Part shown: piece after piece, positions 17,634 to 26,905 of the stretch | Layout of the letters: each line of letters opens with the position of its first letter | How positions within the stretch are numbered: the first letter of the stretch is position 1 | NCBI GenBank assembly: GCA_013140495.1 | Contig: JABFSR010000168.1 | Location: 15,122 to 79,121 of the forward strand | Source: Verrucomicrobiota bacterium | GTDB taxonomy: Bacteria > Verrucomicrobiota > Verrucomicrobiia > Limisphaerales > JADLHS01 | Direction: 5' to 3' | DNA: 64,000 nt | Position numbers and translations under genes: made by a program | Notes under the pieces: generated by a model | The model's input: only the letters and a program-made list of their open reading frames with translations | What the model was told of the DNA's origin: nothing | The model's database searches: none

Positions 17634-17672
17634 TGCATTGAACTATTTCCGTCATCCGGTCAGGTTTTCCGT

Positions 17673-18458
17673 ATGAAACCCAAGACCGAGGAATTTCTGA
17701 ACCTCCTGCTCTGGTCCGCCGACCTGCTCGCGCGCCCGACGTTTCGCAACCTCACCAACTCCTACGAAAGCTGGGCCTATCGCAACGGCCTCATGCGCCA
17801 GGTTACCACTTTGGAGCAACAACAACTCCTGGAGCGCGACGCCAGTTCCCCGGATGACCGGCTCTATCGGTTGTCGGCGCAGGGGAGGTTGCACGTCCTG
17901 GGCGGGCGCGATCCGGAGGAACGCTGGGCGCGGCCTTGGGACGGTCAATGGCGGCTCGTGCTCTTCGACGTGCCTACGGGACAAAATTCCCAGCGCGAAA
18001 AACTGCGCCGCTACCTGCGCGACAAAGGCTTCGGCTACGTGCAAAACAGCGTGTGGATCACGCCCGATCCGCTGACGGAGGAACGGCAGATTCTCGGCGG
18101 CGGGAAGATCAATGTGGAATCGCTCCTCTTGCTGGAAGCGCGGCCGTGCGCGGGGGAATCGGACACGGAAATCGTCGCGGGCGCGTGGGACTTCGAGCGC
18201 ATCAACCGCCGCTATGCCCGGCATCTGAAAATCCTCGGCGAGCGACCGGGCGGCGCGCTGCGGAACGACGCGACGGCGAAAGCGTTGCTGCGCTGGGCGG
18301 CGACGGAGCGTGAGGCGTGGCTGGAGGCGGTGACGAACGATCCGCTGCTGCCGGGCCGGATTCTGCCGTCCGATTACCTGGGGCAACCGGCGTGGCGGCG
18401 GCGGGTGGAAGTGCTCCGGGACGCCAGCCGGCAACTGCGCACGTTCAAACCCGAATAA
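17673..18458 (+). CDS. PaaX-family transcriptional regulator-like protein
   Basis: The hallmark middle-domain motif WDGQWRLVLFDVPTGQNSQREKLRRYLRDKGFGYVQNSVWITPDP matches the PaaX pattern W-G-W-hh-a-hP...R..LR..L...GFG.L....W. A helical C-terminal domain follows. Confidence 0.7.
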   Translation: MKPKTEEFLNLLLWSADLLARPTFRNLTNSYESWAYRNGLMRQVTTLEQQQLLERDASSPDDRLYRLSAQGRLHVLGGRDPEERWARPWDGQWRLVLFDVPTGQNSQREKLRRYLRDKGFGYVQNSVWITPDPLTEERQILGGGKINVESLLLLEARPCAGESDTEIVAGAWDFERINRRYARHLKILGERPGGALRNDATAKALLRWAATEREAWLEAVTNDPLLPGRILPSDYLGQPAWRRRVEVLRDASRQLRTFKPE

Positions 18459-18467
18459 CCCTGTGCA

Positions 18468-18495
18468 AACATTTGTTGCATATGCAACAAATGTT
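18468..18495. promoter_or_regulatory. 28-bp perfect palindrome after the PaaX-like gene (operator or bidirectional hairpin)
   Basis: aacatttgttgcatatgcaacaaatgtt equals its own reverse complement (checked base by base). It begins 10 nt after stop codon 18456-18458 and lies between convergent genes. Confidence 0.4.
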
Positions 18496-18558
18496 CGTCA
18501 TGGGCGCGGGCGGGCTTTGGGACGGAATACCGTTGGAATTAAACCATGCCTCTGTCAT

Positions 18559-19839
18559 TTAGGTTTGTTGGTAGGTCGTGGCTGTGACGCGACACGAAGC
18601 ACAGAGAAACGCGTAATAAACGCCTTCGTGATAAGGGAACTGCCCGTTATCAACTTGAGCTACAAACTTCATCGTTCCTGAGCAGTCGGGACATTTTGGA
18701 AACGCGGAGTCCTGCACCCAAGTTGGCAATCCTCCAATTTGTGAAAGCGCAACGGAGTCCCACCCGTCAACTGCGTGGATCGCGCGTCGTTGATGCAAAC
18801 GAACCGGAAGTTCCTTCCACGGACTGCGCTCCCATGAACTCACGTCGTCAGGAAGCCAATCGGGACGCTTGTTTTCGTCTGCCAATCGCACAGTTCCGTC
18901 AGGCGCAATTCGGGAAAACATGAATCCCGTCCCGTAGCAGGTGCAAGCATCGCACGTGAGTATTGGTAGCTGCTCTCCAGAGAATCCAAGAAAGGCGAAA
19001 CGCTCATCCGCAAGGTTCAACTCAACGAGATGAATCAACTGTCGCTGACACCAAGGACAGCTTTGGTTTACCTTGTGCATGAGCCGCAACGAATTGTCGG
19101 ATGCTTCGTCTGTAGGCGCGGGGGTGATAGCCCAGCATTCATCGTGGAACAGGTTTCGTCTTTCGTGTGTGCCCAACTCCCAACCGGCAACATTGGCGTA
19201 GTGGGCCGGCCCAACGAACAGACCGCTGCGCCAATGCGGCGGACTGGTTTCCCATTCGCGAAACAACTTCTGAACTTTGGCATCACCTATCCAAGCCAAC
19301 GCGGAGAGAGCATGATTCGCATTCGCTGTTCCTGACTCGAGTGCGCCGACTACAGCATCCCTGATTGTTGCTCCTGCACCTCGGAAAACGACGGACGGCC
19401 AAAAATGAGTCTGACCAATCCACGCATCCAACATGTGGTCGAGAGGGTAGTCCGTGAGCGTGGCGAGTGATTTTGCTACGTCTTCAGCGAAGTCCTCGTT
19501 TCCAGCGCGCATTGCATCAGCCGCCATCTTCATCAATTGACTGGCTTGGTCGGCACTCAATCCTGAATAAAGCTCCTCCGCAGAGTTCGGGGACGGGCGA
19601 ATGACGACAAGCGGATCGTGCGGTCTTGGAGTGTGCATGACGCGGATCATTCCAACCACGTCTGTTATCCCCGCATACGGATCTACTTCGCGACGGTTTT
19701 GACGGATGTATTCATCCCTTTCTTCGCGCCGTCGCTTGTTGACGCACGGCATACAGTAGCCATCGTTGGCTTTAGCTGTCGCGGGGAGAATCGTGTTGCC
19801 ACATCCTTCCGTGCGACAAGGAACTCGTTCGGTTTCCAT
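18559..19839 (-). CDS. zinc-ribbon protein with a DUF1963/YwqG-like C-terminal domain (function unknown)
   Basis: 426-aa ORF whose start is 3 nt downstream of the UbiD-family stop. CxxC pairs lie at the N-terminus (CRTEGC...CMPC), middle (CPWC...CDAC) and C-terminus (CPDC...CASC). The C-terminal IGGLPTWVQDSAFPKCPDCSGTMKFVAQV resembles the DUF1963 signature. Confidence 0.6.
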   Translation of the reverse strand: METERVPCRTEGCGNTILPATAKANDGYCMPCVNKRRREERDEYIRQNRREVDPYAGITDVVGMIRVMHTPRPHDPLVVIRPSPNSAEELYSGLSADQASQLMKMAADAMRAGNEDFAEDVAKSLATLTDYPLDHMLDAWIGQTHFWPSVVFRGAGATIRDAVVGALESGTANANHALSALAWIGDAKVQKLFREWETSPPHWRSGLFVGPAHYANVAGWELGTHERRNLFHDECWAITPAPTDEASDNSLRLMHKVNQSCPWCQRQLIHLVELNLADERFAFLGFSGEQLPILTCDACTCYGTGFMFSRIAPDGTVRLADENKRPDWLPDDVSSWERSPWKELPVRLHQRRAIHAVDGWDSVALSQIGGLPTWVQDSAFPKCPDCSGTMKFVAQVDNGQFPYHEGVYYAFLCASCRVTATTYQQT

Positions 19840-19841
19840 AA

Positions 19842-21371
19842 CTATTTGCTGAACAGTTTTTCCACCTTCGCCTTCACCGCTGCATCCATCTTGATCAACG
19901 GCGGCCAGGGGCGTTTGAAGCCTTCGCCCGGCAATTTCTTCGTCGCGTCAATGCCGAGTTTGCTGCCGCTGGCGATTTCGCTGGTCGCGTGATCGAGCAC
20001 GTCGGACGGGCCTTTGGTGAAGATGCTGTCGCGTTGCGGGTCGGTGTTGGCGCAAAGGCGGAAGAGGACTTCGCTGGTGTTGTGCACGTCCACGTCGTCG
20101 TCCACCACGATGATGTATTTGGTGAACATCATCTGCCCCATGCCCCAGAGGCCGTGCATGATCTTGTAGGCCTGCATCGGGTAGGTCTTGCGGATGCTCA
20201 CGAAGACGAGGTTGTGGAAGACGCCTTCCGCCGGCAGGGCGATGTCCAAGATCTCGGGGAAGTTCATCTTGAAGATGGGCAGGAAGAGTTTCACGGACGC
20301 GCCGCCGATGTAGAAGTCTTCCATCGGCGGGATGCCGACGATGGTGGCGGGATAGACGGCGTCTTTGCGGTGCGTGATGGCGGTGACGTGAAACACCGGA
20401 TACGGCTCGGGCAGCGTGTAATAGCCGGTGTGGTCGCCGAACGGGCCTTCGTCGCGCAGCGGCTCGGTCGGGTCAACGTAGCCTTCGATGACGAAGTCGG
20501 CGTTGGCGGGGACTTCGAGGTCGTTGGTCTCGCACTTGACGAGTTCGACGGATTTTTTGCGGAGATAACCGGCGAGGAGGAATTCATCGAGGCCGTCGGG
20601 CAGCGGCGCGGTGGCGGCGAAGGTGAACACGGGATCTCCGCCGAGGAAAATCGCGACGGGCATGCGCGTGCCGGTTTCGTAGTAGCGGCGGCCGTGTCGC
20701 GCGCCGACTTTTTGGAGCTGCCAGTGCATGCCGGTGGTGCGGTCGTCGTAAATCTGGATGCGATACATGCCGACGTTGCGCTCGCCGGTGTCAGGGTCTT
20801 TGGTGACGACGCAGGGGAGCGTGATGAAGCGTCCGCCGTCGAGCGGCCAGCATTTGAGGATGGGCAAGTTGGCCAAGGTTGAAGGTTGAAGGTTGAAAGT
20901 TGAAGGTTCGTTGACGTTCGGAGCTTTGGGCCAACTTTCAACTTTCAACTTGGAACTTTCAACCAAGTGGATGACTTCTTTGCACGGGCCGTCCTTCACA
21001 ACTTTCGGTTTCGCGTGACGTAAATCCATCGCCTGGCCGAGCAACTTGAGTGTCTCCCGAAACGAAGTCGGTGGCTTGGCTTTCATGAGCGCGCCGAGTT
21101 CGGCAGCGGCTTCGTCCACGGAGTTTGCGCCCAAGCTCAACGCCATGCGCTTGTGCGACCCCATGGTGTTGATCGCCACGGGAAACGGTGACACGACACC
21201 ATTCACCGTGGGCTTCTCGATCAACAGCGCTTTCCCACCGCCGGGCGATTTCATCTCGCGGTCGGCAATCTCGGTGATCTCCAGCTCCGTGGCGACGGGT
21301 TGGGAAATGCGTTTGAGTTCGCCTGCCTGATCGAGCGTATTTACAAAGTCGCGGTAGGAATCAAAAGCCAT
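19842..21371 (-). CDS. UbiD-family (prenyl-FMN-dependent) decarboxylase, likely in quinone biosynthesis
   Basis: 509 aa. Collinear with E. coli UbiD as I recall it: RDFVNTLDQAGELKRI, LEITEIADR, ILKCWPLDGGRFITLP, NVGMYRIQ, GMHWQ. It contains an extra segment encoded by a hairpin repeat (next feature). Confidence 0.9.
   Translation of the reverse strand: MAFDSYRDFVNTLDQAGELKRISQPVATELEITEIADREMKSPGGGKALLIEKPTVNGVVSPFPVAINTMGSHKRMALSLGANSVDEAAAELGALMKAKPPTSFRETLKLLGQAMDLRHAKPKVVKDGPCKEVIHLVESSKLKVESWPKAPNVNEPSTFNLQPSTLANLPILKCWPLDGGRFITLPCVVTKDPDTGERNVGMYRIQIYDDRTTGMHWQLQKVGARHGRRYYETGTRMPVAIFLGGDPVFTFAATAPLPDGLDEFLLAGYLRKKSVELVKCETNDLEVPANADFVIEGYVDPTEPLRDEGPFGDHTGYYTLPEPYPVFHVTAITHRKDAVYPATIVGIPPMEDFYIGGASVKLFLPIFKMNFPEILDIALPAEGVFHNLVFVSIRKTYPMQAYKIMHGLWGMGQMMFTKYIIVVDDDVDVHNTSEVLFRLCANTDPQRDSIFTKGPSDVLDHATSEIASGSKLGIDATKKLPGEGFKRPWPPLIKMDAAVKAKVEKLFSK
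20875..20965. repeat. 7-nt-periodic hairpin element lying in frame inside the UbiD-family gene
   Basis: Left arm aaggttgaaggttgaaggttgaaagttgaaggtt (20875-20908). Right arm ccaactttcaactttcaacttggaactttcaacc (20931-20965). The right arm is an imperfect reverse complement of the left. On the minus strand the region reads ...VESSKLKVESWPKAPNVNEPSTFNLQPSTLANLP... without a stop. Confidence 0.8.
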
Positions 21372-21527
21372 GGGCGAAGATTAGCAAAGGAACCCGTTGA
21401 GGCAATGCAGTCTTGAATCGGGGGGAGATATCATTTCTTGCTCTTGCCATGAATTACCCGGTTGAATTGGCTTGAGCATCAGGCTCGGTGGGAGTTTCAT
21501 CTCCTCACATCACCAGTTCAAAGAACC

Positions 21528-22328
21528 ATGAAGACCACATTACTCAGCCTCGCCCTTTCTTTATTTACCATCCAGATCACTCCTGCCCAGGATTGGGCCA
21601 AGGCGAGGCTGGAAAAATCTCCGCGCCATCTCGAATGGGTGAAGGTCAAGCATGGCGACCGCGAGGTGAATTGTTTCGTGGCGTATCCCGAGGTGAAGGA
21701 CAAAGCCACAGCCGTGGTCATCATTCACGAGATATTTGGACTGAGCGACTGGGTGCGCGGTGTGGCGGATCAACTGGCTGAGGCGGGTTACATCGTTGTT
21801 GCGCCGGATTTTCTTTCGGGTTCGGCTACAAACGGCGGCGGCACGGCGGAGCTTGGTGGCGGTGATGCGGTTCGCAAGGCGATTTCGTCGTTAAAGCCGG
21901 ATCAAATCACAGCCGACTTGAACGCTGTCGTGGACTACGCCGCTGGATTGCCTTCGTGCAACGGCAAGGTGGCGGTAGGAGGATTCTGCTGGGGCGGCAC
22001 GCAAACGTTTCGATTCGCGACGAACAATAAGAAGATCAAGGCCGGATTTGCGTTTTACGGCAGCGGACCTGAGAAGGAGGGGGAAATCCAGCGCATTGAG
22101 TGTCCGGTGTATGGTTTCTATGGTGGCAATGACAACCGTGTGAACGCGACGATTCCAAAGTCCAAGGAACTGATGAAGAAAGCCGGCAAGAAATACGAAC
22201 CGGTGATCTATGATGGGGCAGGGCATGGGTTCATGCGGGCCGGAGAAGCGCCTGATGCAAATGAAGCCAACAAGAAGGCGCGCGAGGATGGCTGGAAACG
22301 GTGGAAGGAATTGCTGAACAAGATTTGA
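21528..22328 (+). CDS. dienelactone hydrolase family protein (secreted)
   Basis: ATG at 21528 gives the signal peptide MKTTLLSLALSLFTIQITPAQD. Motifs VVIIHEIFGLSDWV and the nucleophile elbow GGFCWGG are present. Confidence 0.85.
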   Translation: MKTTLLSLALSLFTIQITPAQDWAKARLEKSPRHLEWVKVKHGDREVNCFVAYPEVKDKATAVVIIHEIFGLSDWVRGVADQLAEAGYIVVAPDFLSGSATNGGGTAELGGGDAVRKAISSLKPDQITADLNAVVDYAAGLPSCNGKVAVGGFCWGGTQTFRFATNNKKIKAGFAFYGSGPEKEGEIQRIECPVYGFYGGNDNRVNATIPKSKELMKKAGKKYEPVIYDGAGHGFMRAGEAPDANEANKKAREDGWKRWKELLNKI

Positions 22329-22365
22329 AATCCGCTCTTCCGAAATCCAAAGTATTCCTGCCGAT

Positions 22366-22402
22366 GCGTCGCCGAAATTTTTTGGCGACGCGTTTGTTTT
22401 TT
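22366..22402 (+). terminator. Rho-independent terminator after the dienelactone hydrolase gene
   Basis: Stem gcgtcgcc (22366-22373), loop gaaatttttt, stem ggcgacgc (22384-22391), then gtttgttttttc. Confidence 0.55.
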
Positions 22403-22455
22403 CTTGTGCCAGTGCAGGAAACCCCATAGAGCCTGCACTGCATTTGAATTCTGCC

Positions 22456-23589
22456 ATGACGAAAACCAAATTACAGTTACTCGCAAAGAAGCACGGCACG
22501 CCGATCGTGATTGTGGACCACGACGAGATCCGCCGCAACTACGCGGCCTTTCGCAAGCACCTGCCGCGCGTGCAATGTTACTTTGCTGTGAAGGCCAACG
22601 CCGAGCCAGCCATCGTTCGGACGCTTTACAAGGCTGGCGCGAGTTTCGATGTAGCATCGTTGCCTGAATTCATGCTCGTCTATGAGAACATCAAGAAACT
22701 TGCCGCGAAAGCGCAGCAGGATTTTATCTGGGACAAGATCATCTACGCGAATCCAACGAAGCCGAAGGAGACCTTGCTGGCGCTCGACAAATACAAACCG
22801 CTCGTCACCTATGACAACGTGACCGAGTTGGAGAAGATCCAAAAATACGCGCCGCACGCGGGTGTCGTGTTGCGGCTGGCGGTGTCAAACACGGGCTCGC
22901 AATGCGAACTCTCGAACAAATTCGGATGCGAGCCGGGCGAGGCGGTGGATCTGATTCTCGCGGCGCACAGCCGAGGGCTGGTTGTGGAAGGCTTGAGCTT
23001 CCACGTCGGCAGCCAGTGCACAAATTTTGAGAACTTTGTCCAGGCGTTCAATGCGGCCGCAGCGGTGATGAAAGAGTCACGCGAGCGCGGGCACGAGATC
23101 AAAATACTCGACATCGGCGGCGGATTTCCAGCGCCTTACAACAAACATGTGAAGCCGTTTCCTGAACTGGCGAGGGTGATCAACGCAGAGATTGAGCGAT
23201 TGTTCCCGCCTGATATTCAAATTCTCGCCGAGCCAGGAAGATTCCTGGTCGCGACTGCAGCCACGAGTGTCGCGCGCGTCATCGGCAAGGCGGTGCGCAA
23301 CTGCAAACGCTGTTACTATATTGATGACAGTGTTTATCACACGTTCAGCGGCATTATTTTCGATCACTGCCAGTATCCGCTGAAGGCGTTCAAGCCGGGC
23401 AAGAGGGAGGTGTGCGCGGTGTTTGGCCAGACATGCGACGGCCTGGATTGCATTTCCCAATCCGACCTGTTGCCCGAGTTGGAAGTGGACGATCTCGTGT
23501 ATGCCGAAAACATCGGCGCATACGGCAGCGCGTCGGCGACTTATTTCAACGGTTTTCCACCGGCGAAGGTGGTGCATGTGAATCAGTGA
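22456..23589 (+). CDS. type III PLP-dependent ornithine/lysine/arginine decarboxylase family enzyme
   Basis: ATG at 22456. PLP-lysine motif YFAVKAN, Gly-rich loop DIGGGFPAPY, substrate-site GQTCDGLDCI. Confidence 0.85.
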   Translation: MTKTKLQLLAKKHGTPIVIVDHDEIRRNYAAFRKHLPRVQCYFAVKANAEPAIVRTLYKAGASFDVASLPEFMLVYENIKKLAAKAQQDFIWDKIIYANPTKPKETLLALDKYKPLVTYDNVTELEKIQKYAPHAGVVLRLAVSNTGSQCELSNKFGCEPGEAVDLILAAHSRGLVVEGLSFHVGSQCTNFENFVQAFNAAAAVMKESRERGHEIKILDIGGGFPAPYNKHVKPFPELARVINAEIERLFPPDIQILAEPGRFLVATAATSVARVIGKAVRNCKRCYYIDDSVYHTFSGIIFDHCQYPLKAFKPGKREVCAVFGQTCDGLDCISQSDLLPELEVDDLVYAENIGAYGSASATYFNGFPPAKVVHVNQ

Positions 23590-23703
23590 CACGGCAGGAG
23601 CGGACAACCCTGTTCCCACGATTCGAAATGATTGGATGGTGACGAACAATGGAGACACGCCTTGCGTGCCAGCGAAAGTTCGAAGCCGCGCCAACGAGCC
23701 GCA

Positions 23704-25590
23704 TCAGGGATGGAAGTTCTTGAGCGCAGGGTTGCCGTTCTGAGGACGGACGGTCTTGGAGGCAAGTTCTTCGAGCATCTCGAATTCGAGAAAACCGTTC
23801 AACTGTCTGAGGCGTGTGGGATGGCGCATTTTTCGGAGAGCCTTGGCTTCGATCTGGCGGATGCGTTCGCGTGTGACACGGAATTGTTTGCCGACTTCCT
23901 CAAGCGTGCGTGCGTTCCCATCGCCGATGCCGAACCGCAATTCCAACACGCGGCGTTCGCGTTCGTTGAGACTGTTAAGCACGTCGCCAAGCTTGTCCTT
24001 GAGCAGGGTGAAACTTGTGAGATCAAGCGGGCTTTCCGCAGCCTTGTCCTCGATGAAATCACCGATGCTCGTGTCATCACCGTCGCCAACGGGAGACTGG
24101 AGGGAGACGGGCTGCTGCGCCATCTTGAGAACCGCACGCACGCGCTCGACGGGGAACTGCATGTCGTCGGCGATTTCCTCCGCGGTCGGCTCGCGCCCGA
24201 AATCCTGGATCAGCCTTTTCTGCGCACGCATGACCTTGTTGATCGTGTCAATCATGTGGACCGGAATGCGGATGGTGCGGGCCTGGTCGGCGATGCTCCG
24301 GGTGATGGCCTGTCTGATCCACCAGGTGGCGTAGGTGGAAAACTTGTATCCGCGCTGGTACTCAAACTTCTCCACAGCTTTCATCAAACCCATGTTCCCT
24401 TCCTGGATGAGATCGAGAAATGAGAGGCCCCGGTTCGTGTATTTCTTGGCGATTGAAATGACGAGGCGCAGGTTTGCCTCGACCATTTCGGTCTTGGCCT
24501 TGTTGGCCTGATTGCTGGCCTTCTGCAATTCACCGTAGGCGATGAGGTAATTCGCCGCAGGCATCCGGATGAATTCCTCGAGCGCGCGAATCTTCAACTT
24601 CTCGGACTCGATCAACTCGGCGCGCTGGGAGGACTTGGGCTGGCATTGCGCATCACGCAAGGCGCGCTGGGAGGATTGAATGCGTTCCTGGATGTTGCCC
24701 GCCACCAGCATCATTTCTTCAACAACCTTCTGTTTGTAGCCGAATTTCGGGAACAGAGTTTGCAGTTTCTGATCAAGCTTGTTGAAAGCAGCGAGCAGGC
24801 GCTTGCGGCGCGGCTTGTTTCGCGTCGCAATGATTTCACCGAAACGCTTGTCCGCCTGAGCGTCAGTTATGCGCACCTGGCGGACGAGGCGGTGAATCGT
24901 GCGGGTGTGGTTTTCCCGCTGCTCAACCTTCTTGTCCACGATCACCCGGTCGAATCGTTCCTTGGGCGGTTCGCAAAGGAGTTTTTCTGCCAGAGCAATG
25001 TGTTCCTTGGCGGCGAAACCGAGACTGTAGATGATGGAGGTGACCGTATGCTCGGCGGTTTCAATGCGTTTGGAAATCTCGACCTCCTGTTCGCGTGTGA
25101 GCAAGGCCACCTGGCCCATCTGCTTGAGATACATGCGTACAGGGTCGTCTAGTCCTTCGAGGCGCATCTTGTCCTCGTCCTCGTCCGGATCGGGCTGCCG
25201 GACGCGATCCAGTTCCGCCTGGTCCACGATTTCAATGTCCAAACTTCGCAGCTTTTGAAGGATATCGTCCAGGTCTTCCGGCGAAATCACGTTGTTCGGC
25301 AGTGTTTCATTGATGTCGTGGTGGGTCAGGTAGCCTTGATCCTGTGACAGGTGGACGAGTTCCTTTATTTTCAAGGAAATCTCCGTGGCACTGACCTGCA
25401 TGAGCGGTTCAGTGTGTGTGGGTATTGACCGCGCGCCTGCGGGAGACATGCCGTTGATCTTCAACTTGAGCCTGAGGTGCGGCAGAGTTTTCACATTTGA
25501 AGAAGCCTGGGGCGTTTGTCTGGGGCGCGTGCGAGTGGAGATACGCTCTGCGGCGAGCACGGAAGGCCGGCGATCCTTGTTGTTACGCAT
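23704..25590 (-). CDS. rpoD: RNA polymerase primary sigma factor (sigma-70)
   Basis: Region 2 has [27 protein letters not shown]. Region 4.2 has [30 protein letters not shown]. The start is uncertain, with in-frame ATGs at 25653, 25590, 25449 and 25401. Confidence 0.9.
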   Translation of the reverse strand: MRNNKDRRPSVLAAERISTRTRPRQTPQASSNVKTLPHLRLKLKINGMSPAGARSIPTHTEPLMQVSATEISLKIKELVHLSQDQGYLTHHDINETLPNNVISPEDLDDILQKLRSLDIEIVDQAELDRVRQPDPDEDEDKMRLEGLDDPVRMYLKQMGQVALLTREQEVEISKRIETAEHTVTSIIYSLGFAAKEHIALAEKLLCEPPKERFDRVIVDKKVEQRENHTRTIHRLVRQVRITDAQADKRFGEIIATRNKPRRKRLLAAFNKLDQKLQTLFPKFGYKQKVVEEMMLVAGNIQERIQSSQRALRDAQCQPKSSQRAELIESEKLKIRALEEFIRMPAANYLIAYGELQKASNQANKAKTEMVEANLRLVISIAKKYTNRGLSFLDLIQEGNMGLMKAVEKFEYQRGYKFSTYATWWIRQAITRSIADQARTIRIPVHMIDTINKVMRAQKRLIQDFGREPTAEEIADDMQFPVERVRAVLKMAQQPVSLQSPVGDGDDTSIGDFIEDKAAESPLDLTSFTLLKDKLGDVLNSLNERERRVLELRFGIGDGNARTLEEVGKQFRVTRERIRQIEAKALRKMRHPTRLRQLNGFLEFEMLEELASKTVRPQNGNPALKNFHP

Positions 25591-25832
25591 ACTAAAAAAG
25601 ATTACGTCTCGTGTATAAAATGTCCGGGAACTCGTGGCAATATGCTGGCGCAAATTTTCCCCGTCAAGCGGACAGACAATAATTTATCAACTCTTTGTTC
25701 CCACTCTTCCTTCCAACAAAACTCCCGTCACACAAACCGCTACAACACAACATTTCAATCGGTTCAGCTTAACCCGAATTCACGCGGACAGAACATGGTC
25801 GCCCGCGTCTCCACGCTATTTCCATCAAGTCG

Positions 25833-26900
25833 TCACGGTGGTGGAGGGCCATTGACGGGCACGCTCACCCCCACGCGACCGCCTCCTGAAGCGTTCACGC
25901 CTTCATTTGCGGCCACTGTGTTGACAAACGTGCTCAAGATCGTGTCCAGATAGCGCGTAAGCAGCCGGTATGGCGTGAATGGCACATAAACGATGTCATG
26001 CGGTTCGAGTTTCACGTCTGAGGCCTGGCCGCTGATGATGGCCTTGTAGTCCACCACCGCAATCTGTGGCGTGGTCAGCGAACCGCGCACAATGGCAATG
26101 TGCGAGACATAGGCGTCCTTGATCGGCCCGTTCGCAGCGGAGATGGCCGACAGCAGCGTGGTCTGGTCGCCCAGCGGCACTGCGCGTGGCGATCTGACGG
26201 CGCCGAACACATAGATTTCCCTCGCCGCTCCAGATGGCACATAAACAAAATCATCCGGTTGGAGGTAGATATTCTGGGACATGTCGCCGCTGACGAGCAG
26301 GCGATGGAAATCCACCGGCAACGGCAATCCACGGCGCATCACAAACGCGTGGTGCAGATCTGCCAGATCAACTGTGGTCAGAGAGGATGCTGACTTCGCC
26401 GTTCCACCCGCGAGCGACATCGCTTCGAGCAAAGTCACGGGCCCCGTGGTCGGATAAACGCCAGGCCGTGCAACCTTGCCTAGAATCCAGATTTGTTTGC
26501 TGTTGACGCCATGGAGCGTGATGGACACCTGTGGCATGCTCATGAACTTTTCCAACTCTTTTTCCAGAAGCGCCTTTGTTTTCGCAATTGTCAGCCCCCA
26601 CACATCCACGCCGGGCAGCAGGTTGAAATAAATCTTTCCGTCCGGCCCCACCACCACCGTGTTGCGCGAATCCTTGGTACCGACCAGCTCCACCTCGACG
26701 GAATCACCCGGCCCAAGGGTGAACAAATCCCCGGGCGCTTTCAGCAATGAAGGATCTGTTTTCCGTTCCATCTTGTCCCCGGAAAATGTTTGTCCGGTGG
26801 AGCGCGCGTCAAATCGGGTGGCTTTGGCCCCGGTGGACTCGCATCCGGTCAACGCGAGCAGGGCGGCGGTCAGGCAGCTAAATAATTGGATGGCTTTCAT
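25833..26900 (-). CDS. polysaccharide export protein (Wza-like, Poly_export + SLBB), lipoprotein
   Basis: ATG at 26900 gives MKAIQLFSCLTAALLALTGC (lipobox). GPGDSVEVELVG...DGKIYFNLLPGVDVWGLT matches the Poly_export pattern. It is a paralogue of the upstream gene. Confidence 0.85.
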   Translation of the reverse strand: MKAIQLFSCLTAALLALTGCESTGAKATRFDARSTGQTFSGDKMERKTDPSLLKAPGDLFTLGPGDSVEVELVGTKDSRNTVVVGPDGKIYFNLLPGVDVWGLTIAKTKALLEKELEKFMSMPQVSITLHGVNSKQIWILGKVARPGVYPTTGPVTLLEAMSLAGGTAKSASSLTTVDLADLHHAFVMRRGLPLPVDFHRLLVSGDMSQNIYLQPDDFVYVPSGAAREIYVFGAVRSPRAVPLGDQTTLLSAISAANGPIKDAYVSHIAIVRGSLTTPQIAVVDYKAIISGQASDVKLEPHDIVYVPFTPYRLLTRYLDTILSTFVNTVAANEGVNASGGGRVGVSVPVNGPPPP

Positions 26901-26905
26901 GTTCG

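Noticed and set aside
23632-25258. ORFs on the + strand opposite rpoD (23632..24423, 23756..24334, 24646..25152).
   Set aside because: They are antisense to an unmistakable sigma-70 gene and have no motifs of their own.
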